DNA of 64,000 bases from Eledone cirrhosa. Taxonomy: Eukaryota. Below the pieces are notes generated by a model. That model worked only from the letters and a program-made list of their open reading frames with translations, was not told the DNA's origin and made no database searches. Position 1 is the first letter of the stretch; each line of letters begins with the position of its first letter. Position numbers and translations under genes: made by a program. The stretch lies in contig OZ024741.1 of NCBI GenBank assembly GCA_964016885.1, forward strand, positions 415,338,001-415,402,000, read 5' to 3'. This document shows, in pieces, positions 54,501-64,000 of this stretch.

Positions 54501-57500
54501 TACCTACAGTTGTCTTAACCCTTTAGTTACCAACCTGGTCAACACTGACCAGGACTATTACCTACAGTTGTCTTAACCCTTTAGTTACTAACCTGGTCAA
54601 CACTGACCAGGACTATTACCTAGAGTTGTCCTAACCCTTTAGTTACCAATCTGGTCAACACTAACCAGGACTATTATCTACAGTTGTCTTAACCCTTTAG
54701 TTACCAACCTGGTCAACACTTACCAGGACTATTACCTACAGTTGTCTTAACCCTTTAGTTACCAACCTGGTCAACACTAACCAGGACTATTACCTACAGT
54801 TGTCTTAACCCTTTAGTTACCAGTCTGGTCAACACTAACCAGGACTATTACCTACAGTTGTCTTAACACTTTAGTTACCAATCTGGTCAACACTGACCAG
54901 GACTATTACCTACAGTTCTCTTAACCCTTTAGTTACCAGCCTGGTCAACACTGACCAGCACTATTATCTACAGTTGTCTTAACCCTTTGGTTCCCAACCT
55001 GGTCAACACTGACCAGCACTATTATGTACAGTTGTCGTAACCCTTTAGTTACCAACCTGGTCAACACTGACCGGGACTATTACCTACAGTTGTCTTAACC
55101 CTTTAGTTACCAACCTGGTCAACACTAACCAGAACTATTAGCTACAGTTGTCTTAACCCTTTAGTTACCAACCTGGTCAACACTAACCAGGACTATTACC
55201 TACAGTTGTCTTAACCCTTTAGTTACCAACCTGGTCAACACTTACCAGGACTATTACCTACAGTTGTCTTAACCCTTTAGTTACAAACCTGGTCAACAAT
55301 AACCAGGACTATTACCTACAGTTGTCTTAACCCTTTAGTTACCAACCTGGTCAACACTGACCAGGACTATTACCTACAGTTGTCTTAACCCTTTAGTTAC
55401 TAACCTGGTCAACACTGACCAGGACTATTACCTACAGTTGTCTTAACGCTTTAGTTACCAACCTGGTCAACACTTACCAGGACTATTACCTACAGTTGTC
55501 TTAACCCTTTAGTTACCAACCTGGTCAACACTAACCAGGACTATTACCTACAGTTGTCTTAACCCTTTAGTTACCAACCTGGTCAACACTGACCAGGACT
55601 ATTACCTACAGTTGTCTTAACCCTTTAGTTACTAACCTGGTCAACACTGACCAGCACTATTATCTACAGTTGTCGTAACACTTTAGTTACCAACCTGGTC
55701 AACACTTACCAGGACTATTACCTACAGTTGTCTTAACACTTTAGTTACCAACCTGGTCAACACTTACCAGGACTATTACCTACAGTTGTCTTATCCCTTT
55801 AGTTACCAACCTGGTCAACACTGACCAGGACTATTACCTACAGTTGTCTTAACCCTTTAGTTACCAACCTGGTCAACACTGACCAGGACTATTACCTACA
55901 GTTGTCTTAAACCTTTAGTTTCCAACCTGGTCAACACTGACCAGGAATATTACCTGCAGTTGTCTTAACCCTTTAGTTACCAACCTGGTCAACACTGACC
56001 AGGACTATTGCCTAAAGTTGTCTTAACCCTTTAGTTAAGTTACCAACCTGGTCAATAGTGACCAGAACTATTACCTACAGTTGTCTTAACCCTTTAGTTA
56101 CCAACCTGGTCAACACTGACCAGGACTATTACCTACAGTTGTCTTGACTCTTTAGTTTCCAACCTGGTCAACACTGACCAGGACTATTACCTTCAGTTGT
56201 CTTAACCCTTTAGTTACCAGTCTGGTCAACCCTGACCAGCACTATTATCTACAGTTGTCTTAACCCTTTAGTTACCACTCTGGTCAACACTGACCAGCAC
56301 TATTATCTACAGTTGTCTTGACCCTTTAGTTACCAGTCTGGTCAACACTGACCAGGACTATTACCTACAGTTGTCGTAACACTTTAGTTATCAACCTAGT
56401 CAACATTAACCAGGACTATTATCTACAGTTGTCGTAACACTTTAGTTACCAAACTGGTCAACACTTACCAGGACTATTACCTACAGTTGTCTTAACACTT
56501 TAGTTACCAGCCTGGTCAACACTTACCAGGACTATTACCTACAGTTGTCTTAACCCTTTAGTTACCAACCTAGTCAACACTAACCAGGACTATTAACTAC
56601 AGTTGTCTTGACCCTTTAGTTACCAACCTGGTCAACATTGACCAGGACTATTACCTACAGTTGTCTTAACCCTTTAGTTACCAACCTGGTCAACACTGAC
56701 CAGGACAATTACCTACAGTTGTCTTAACCCTTTAGTTACCAACCTGGTCAACACTAACCAGGAATATTATCTACAGTTGTGTTAACCCTTTAGTTACCAA
56801 CCTGGTCAACACTAACCAGGACTATTACCTACAGTTGTCTTAAACCTTTAGTTTCCAACCTGGTCAACACAGACCAGGACTATTACCTACAGTTGTCTTA
56901 ACCCTTTAGTTACCAACCCAGTCAACACTAACCAGGACGATTACCTACAGTTCTCTTAACCCTTTAGTTACCAACCTGGTCAACACTGACCAGCACTATT
57001 ATCTACAGTTGTCTTAAGCCTTTAGTTAACAGTCTGGTCAACACTGACCAGCACTATTATCTACAGTTGTCTTAACCCTTTAGTTACCAGTCTAGTCAAC
57101 ACTGACCAGCACTATTATCTACAGTTGTCGTAACACTTTAGTTACCAACCTGGTCAACACTTACCAGGACTATTACATACAGTTGATGTAACCCTTTAGT
57201 TACCAACCTGGTCAACACTAACCAGGACTATTACCTACAGTTGTCTTAACCCTTTAAATTCCAACCTGGTCAACACTGACCAGGACTATTGCCTAGAGTT
57301 GTCTTAACCCTTTAGTTACCAACCTGGTCAACACTGACCAGGACTATTGCCTACAGTTGTCTTAACCCTTTAGTTACCAACCTGGTCAACACTGACCAGG
57401 ACTATTACCTACAGTTGTCTTAACCCTTTAGTTACCAACCTGGTCAACACTGACCAGGACTATTACCTACAGTTCTCTTAACCCTTTAGTTACCAGTCTG

Positions 57501-60500
57501 GTCAACACTGACCAGCACTATTATCTACAGTTGTCTTAACCCTTTAGTTACCAACCTGGTCAACATTTACCAGGACTATTACCTACAGTTGTCTTAACCC
57601 TTTAGTTACCAACCTGGTCAACACTGACCAGGACTATTACCTACAGGTGTCTTAACCCTTTAGTTACCAACCTGGTCAACACTAACCAGGACTATTACCT
57701 ACAGTTGTCTTAACCCTTTAGTTACCAACCTGGTCAACACTTACCAGGACTATTACCTACAGTTGTCTTAACCCTTTAGTTACAAACCTGGTCAATAATA
57801 ACCAGGACTATTACCTACAGTTGTCTTAACCCTTTAGTTACCAACCTGGTCAAGACTGACCAGGACTATTACCTACAGTTGTCTTAACCCTTTAGTTACT
57901 AACCTGGTCAACACTGACCAGGACTATTACCTACAGTTGTCCTAACCCTTTAGTTACCAATCTGGTCAACACTAACGAGGACTATTATCTACAGTTGTCT
58001 TAACCCTTTAGTTACCAACCTGGTCAAAACTTACCAGGACTATTACCTACAGTTGTCTTAACCCTTTAGTTACCAACCTGGTCAACACTAACCAGGACTA
58101 TTACCTACAGTTGTCTTAACCCTTTAGTTACCAGTCTGGTCAACACTAACCACGACTATTACCTACAGTTGTCTTAACACTTTAGTTACCAATCTGGTCA
58201 ACACTGACCAGGACTATTACCTACAGTTCTCTTAACCCTTTAGTTACCAGCCTGGTCAACACTGACCAGCACTATTATCTACAGTTGTCTTAACCCTTTG
58301 GTTACCAACCTGGTCAACACTGACCAGCACTATTATGTACAGTTGTCGTAACCCTTTAGTTACCAACCTGGTCAACACTGACCAGGACTATTACCTACAG
58401 TTGTCTTAACCCTTTAGTTACCAACCTGGTCAACACTGACCAGAACTATTAGCTACAGTTGTCTTAACCCTTTAGTTACCAACCTGGTCAACACTAACCA
58501 GGACTATTACCTACAGTTGTCTTAACCCTTTAGTTACCAACCTGGTCAACACTTACCAGGACTATTACCTACAGTTGTCTTAACCCTTTAGTTACAAACC
58601 TTTTCAACAATAACCAGGACTATTACCTACAGTTGTCTTAACCCTTTAGTTACCAACCTGGTCAACACTGACCAGAACTATTACCTACAGTTGTCTTAAC
58701 CCTTTAGTTACTAACCTGGTCAACACTGACCAGGACTATTACCTACAGTTGTCTTAACCCTTTAGTTCCCAACCTGGTCAACACTTACCAGGACTATTAC
58801 CTACAGTTGTCTTAACCCTTTAGTTACCAACCTGGTCAACACTAACCAGGACTATTACCTACAGTTGTCTTAACCCTTTAGTTACCAGTCTGGTCAACAC
58901 TAACCAGGACTATTACCTACAGTTGTCTTAACACTTTAGTTACCAATCTGGTCAACACTGACCAGGACTATTACCTACAGTTCTCTTAACCCTTTAGTTA
59001 CCAGCCTGGTCAACACTGACCAGCACTATTATCTACAGTTGTCTTAACCCTTTGGTTACCAACCTGGTCAACACTGACCAGCACTATTATCTACAGTTGT
59101 CGTAACCCTTTAGTTACCAACCTGGTCAACACTGACCAGGACTATTACCTACAGTTGTCTTAACCCTTTAGTTACCAACCTGGTCAACACTGACCAGAAC
59201 TATTAGCTACAGTTGTCTTAACCCTTTAGTTACCAACCTAGTCAACACTAACCAGGACTATTACCTACAGTTGTCTTAACCCTTTAGTTACCAACCTGGT
59301 CAACACTTACCAGGACTATTACCTACAGTTGTCTTAACCCTTTAGTTACAAACCTGGTCAACAATAACCAGGACTATTACCTACAGTTGTCTTAACCCTT
59401 TAGTTACCAACCTGGTCAACACTGACCAGGACTTACCTACAGTTGTCTTAACCCTTTAGTTACTAACCTGGTCAACACTGACCAGGACTATTACCTACAG
59501 TTGTCTTAACCCTTTAGTTACCAACCTGGTCAACACTTACCAGGACTATTACCTACAGTTGTCTTAACCCTTTAGTTACCAACCTGGTCAACACTAACCA
59601 GGACTATTACCTACAGTTGTCTTAACCCTTTAGTTACCTGTCTGGTCAACACTAACCAGGACTATTACCTAGAGTTGTCTTAACACTTTAGTTACCAATC
59701 TGGTCAACACTGACCAGGACTATTACCTACAGTTCTCTTAACCCTTTAGTTACCAGCCTGGTCAACACTGACCAGCACTATTATCTACAGTTGTCTTAAC
59801 CCTTTGGTTACCAACCTGGTCAACACTGACCAGCACTATTATCTACAGTTGTCGTAACCCTTTAGTTACCAACCTGGTCAACACTGACCAGGACTATTAC
59901 CTACAGTTGTCTTAACCCTTTAGTTACCAACCTGGTCAACACTAACCAGGACTATTACCTACAGTTGTCTTAACCCTTTAGTTACCAACCTGGTCAACAC
60001 TTACCAGGACTATTACCTACTGTTGTCTTAACCCTTTAGTTACAAACCTGGTCAACAATAACCAGGACTATTACCTACAGTTGTCTTAACCCTTTAGTTA
60101 CCAACCTGGTCAACACTGACCAGGACTATTACCTACAGTTGTCTTAACCCTTTAGTTACTAACCTGGTCAACACTGACCAGGACTATTACCTACAGTTGT
60201 CCTAACCCTTTAGTTACCAACCTGGTCAACACTTACCAGGACTATTACCTACAGTTGTCTTAACCCTTTAGTTACCAACCTGGTCAACACTTACCAGGAC
60301 TATTACCTACAGTTGTCTTAACCCTTTAGTTACAAACCTGGTCAACACTGACCAGGACTATTAGCTACAGGTGTCTTAACCCTTTAGTTACTAACCTGGT
60401 CAACACTGACCAGGACTATTACCTACAGTTGTCCTAACCCTTTAGTTACCAATCTGGTCAACACTAACCAGAACTATTATCTACAGTTGTCTTAACCCTT

Positions 60501-63500
60501 TAGTTACCAACCTGGTCAACACTTACCAGGACTATTACCTACAGTTGCCTTAACCCTTTAGTTACCAACCTGGTCAACACTAACCAGGACTATTACCTAC
60601 AGTTGTCTTAATCCTTTAGTTACCAGTCTGGTCAACACTAACCAGGACTATTACCTACAGTTGTCTTAACAATTTAGTTACCAATCTGGTCAACACTGAC
60701 CAGGACTATTACCTACAGTTCTCTTAACCCTTTAGTTACCAGCCCGGTCAACACTGACCAGCACTATTATCTACAGTTGTCTTAACCCTTTGGTTACCAA
60801 CCTGGTCAACACTGACCAGCACTATTATGTACAGTTGTCTTAACCCTTTAGTTACCAACCTGGTCAACACTGACCAGGACTATTACCTACAGTTGTCTTA
60901 ACCCTTTAGTTACCAACCTGCTCAACACTGACCAGAACTATTAGCTACAGTTGTCTTAACCCTTTAGTTACCAACCTGGTCAACACTAACCAGGACTATT
61001 ACCTACAGTTGTCTTAACCCTTTAGTTACCAACCTGGTCAACACTTACCAGGACTATTACCTACAGTTGTCTTAACCCTTTAGTTACAAACCTGGTCAAC
61101 AATAACCAGGACTATTACCTACAGTTGTCTTAACCCTTTAGTTACCAACCTGGTCAACACTGACCAGAACTATTACCTACAGTTGTCTTAACCCTTTAGT
61201 TACTAACCTGGTCAACACTGACCAGGACTATTACCTACAGTTGTCTTAACCCTTTAGTTACCAACCTGGTCAACACTTACCAGGACTATTACCTACAGTT
61301 GTCTTAACCCTTTAGTTACCAACCTGGTCAACACTAACCAGGACTATTACCTACACTTGTCTTAACCCTTTAGTTACCAGTCTGGTCAACACTAACCAGG
61401 ACTATTACCTACAGTTGTCTTAACACTTTAGTTACCAATCTGGTCAACACTGACCAGGACTATTACCTACAGTTCTCTTAACCCTTTAGTTACCAGCCTG
61501 GTCAACACTGACCAGCACTATTATCTACAGTTGTCTTAACACTTTGGTTACCAACCTGGTCAACACTGACCAGCACTATTATCTACAGTTGTCGTAACCC
61601 TTTAGTTACCAACCTGGTCAACACTGACCAGGACTATTACCTACAGTTGTCTTAACCCTTTAGTTACCAACCTGGTCAACACTTACCAGGACTATTACCT
61701 ACAGTTGTCTTAACCCTTTAGTTACCAACCTGCTCAACACTAACCAGGACTATTACCTACACTTGTCTTAACCCTTTAGTTACCAGTCTGGTCAACACTA
61801 ACCAGGACTATTACCTACAGTTGTCTTAACCCTTTAGTTACAAACCTGGTCAACAATAACCAGGACTATTACCTACAGTTGTCTTAACCCTTTAGTTACC
61901 AACCTGGTCAACACTGACCAGGACTATTACCTACAGTTGTCTTAACCCTTTAGTTACTAACCTGGTCAACACTGACCAGGACTATTACCTAGAGTTGTCC
62001 TAACCCTTTAGTTACCAATCTGGTCAACACTAACCAGGACTATTATCTACAGTTGTCTTAACCCTTTAGTTACCAACCTGGTCAACACTAACCAGGACTA
62101 TTACCTACAGTTGTCTTAACCCTTTAGTTACCAGTCTGGTCAACACTAACCAGGACTATTACCTACAGTTGTCTTAACACTTTAGTTACCAATCTGGTCA
62201 ACACTGACCAGGACTATTACCTACAGTTCTCTTAACCCTTTAGTTACCAGCCTGGTCAACACTGACCAGCACTATTATCTACAGTGTCTTAACCCTTTGG
62301 TTACCAACCTGGTCAACACTGACCAGCACTATTATGTACAGTTGTCGTAACCCTTTAGTTACCAACCTGGTCAACACTGACCAGGACTATTACCTACAGT
62401 TGTCTTAACCCTTTAGTTACCAACCTGGTCAACACTGACCAGAACTATTAGCTACAGTTGTCTTAACCCTTTAGTTACCATCCTGGTCAACACTAACCAG
62501 GACTATTACCTACAATTGTCTTAACCCTTTAGTTACCAACCTGGTCAACACTTACCAGGACTATTACCTACAGTTGTCTTAACCCTTTAGTTACAAACCT
62601 GGTCAACAATAACCAGGACTATTACCTACAGTTGTCTTAACCCTTTAGTTACCAACCTGGTCAACACTGACCAGGACTATTACCTACAGTTGTCTTAACC
62701 CTTTAGTTACTAACCTGGTCAACACTGACCAGGACTATTACCTACAGTTGTCTTAACCCTTTAGTTACCAACCTGGTCAACACTTACCAGGACTATTACC
62801 TACAGTTGTCTTAACCCTTTAGTTACCAGTCTGGTCAACACTAACCAGGACTATTACCTACAGTTGTCTTAACCCTTTAGTTACCAGTCTGGTCAACACT
62901 AACCAGGACTATTACCTACAGTTGTCTTAACACTTTAGTTACCAATCTGGTCAACACTGACCAGGACTATTACCTACAGTTCTCTTAATCCTTTAGTTAC
63001 CAGCCTGGTCAACACTGACCAGCACTATTATCTACAGTTGTCTTAACCCTTTGGTTACCAACCTGGTCAACACTGACCAGCACTATTATCTACAGTTGTC
63101 GTAACCCTTTAGTTACCAACCTGGTCAACACTGACCAGGACTATTACCTACAGTTGTCTTAACCCTTTAGTTACCAACCTGGTCAACACTAACCAGGACT
63201 ATTACCTACAGTTGTCTTAACCCTTTAGTTACCAACCTGGTCAACACTTACCAGGACTATTACCTACAGTTGTCTTAACCCTTTAGTTACAAACCTGGTC
63301 AACAATAACCAGGACTATTACCTACAGTTGTCTTAACCCTTTAGTTACCAACCTGGTCAACACTGACCAGGACTATTACCTACAGTTGTCTTAACCCTTT
63401 AGTTACTAACCTGGTCAACACTGACCAGGACTATTACCTACAGTTGTCCTAACCCTTTAGTTACCAATCTGGTCAACACTAACCAGGACTATTATCTACA

Positions 63501-64000
63501 GTTGTCTTAACCCTTTAGTTACCAACGTGGTCAACACTTACCAGGACTATTACCTACAGTTGTCTTAACCCTTTAGTTACCAACCTGGTCAACACTTACC
63601 AGGACTATTACCTACAGTTGTCTTAACTCTTTAGTTACAAACCTGGTCAACACTGACCAGGACTATTACCTACAGGTGTCTTAACCCTTTAGTTACTAAC
63701 CTGGTCAACACTGACCAGGACTATTATCTACAGTTGTCTTAACCCTTTAGTTACCAACCTGGTCAACACTTACCAGGACTATTACCTACAGTTGTCTTAA
63801 CCCTTTAGTTACCAACCTGGTCAACACTAACCAGGACTATTACTTACAGTTGTCTTAATCCTTTAGTTACCAGTCTGGTCAACACTAACCAGGACTATTA
63901 CCTACAGTTGTCTTAACACTTTAGTTACCAATCTGGTCAACACTGACCAGGACTATTACCTACAGTTCTCTTAACCCTTTAGTTACCAGCCCGGTCAACA

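Larger units (their letters stand above)
16228..58179. repeat. Large tandem duplication (copy 1 ~16228-36478, copy 2 ~36479-58179) with later internal indels of whole monomers
   Basis: Rare markers pair with stepwise offsets: 20251 (18321/38572), 22278 (21603/43881, 23280/45558, 25284/47562), 21756 (29378/51134), 21700 (33373/55073, 34333/56033), 21642 (36335/57977). Confidence 0.85.
1..64000. repeat. 58-bp tandem satellite DNA array, 1103 full monomers plus a partial one, head-to-tail, no orientation switch
   Basis: Bases 1-58 recur at 59, 117, 175 and onward to the window end. The last monomer starts at 63983; 63982 minus 8 bp net indel equals 1103x58. Monomers typically differ from the consensus by only a few substitutions. 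No unique sequence was seen. Confidence 0.99.

Noticed and set aside
1-64000. CRISPR array (palindromic repeat with regular period)
   Set aside because: The sequence between hairpins is as conserved as the hairpin itself. There are no unique spacers, no leader and no cas genes.
1-64000. Repetitive protein-coding ORF
   Set aside because: 58 is not a multiple of 3. The minus strand has stops in all three frames within each consensus monomer. On the plus strand, TAA(48) and TAG(56) close every frame within two monomers. The consensus has no ATG.
1-64000. True telomerase-made telomeric tract or strong G-quadruplex array
   Set aside because: There is no tandem TTAGGG/TTAGG run. Each monomer has only one GGG plus scattered GG on the minus strand. 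Inherited variant order indicates recombinational amplification rather than templated addition.
1-64000. Pure assembly or sequencing artefact (concatemer)
   Set aside because: Variants are reproducible across distant copies and form nested, phylogenetically consistent patterns. Individual near-perfect duplications still need read support.

Overview
The whole 64 kb window is one uninterrupted, single-orientation tandem satellite array. The monomer is 58 bp (consensus TTACCAACCTGGTCAACACT[G/A/T]ACCAGGACTATTACCTACAGTTGTCTTAACCCTTTAG; about 43% GC; no CpG in the consensus; C-rich + strand). There are 1103 complete monomers plus 18 bp. This count closes exactly against the indels I found: 7x(+5), 10x(-2), 2x(-3), 1x(-1). 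I found no genes, RNA genes, CRISPR spacers or transposon insertions, and I cannot support a novel protein-coding system here. The interest lies in the array architecture. Each monomer carries an 8-bp inverted repeat, plus a second quasi-palindrome across the monomer junction that several recurrent variants improve. There is a ~13-monomer higher-order repeat and a divergent ~1.8-1.9 kb marker block present in 7 full copies in three lineages (A,A,B,C,A,B,C). Nested tandem duplications of 18, 28, 40, 122 and ~350-385 monomers can be put in relative time order. The most likely source is eukaryotic centromeric, pericentromeric or subtelomeric satellite; the organism cannot be identified from the sequence alone. 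Coordinates were counted by hand and block boundaries are approximate.
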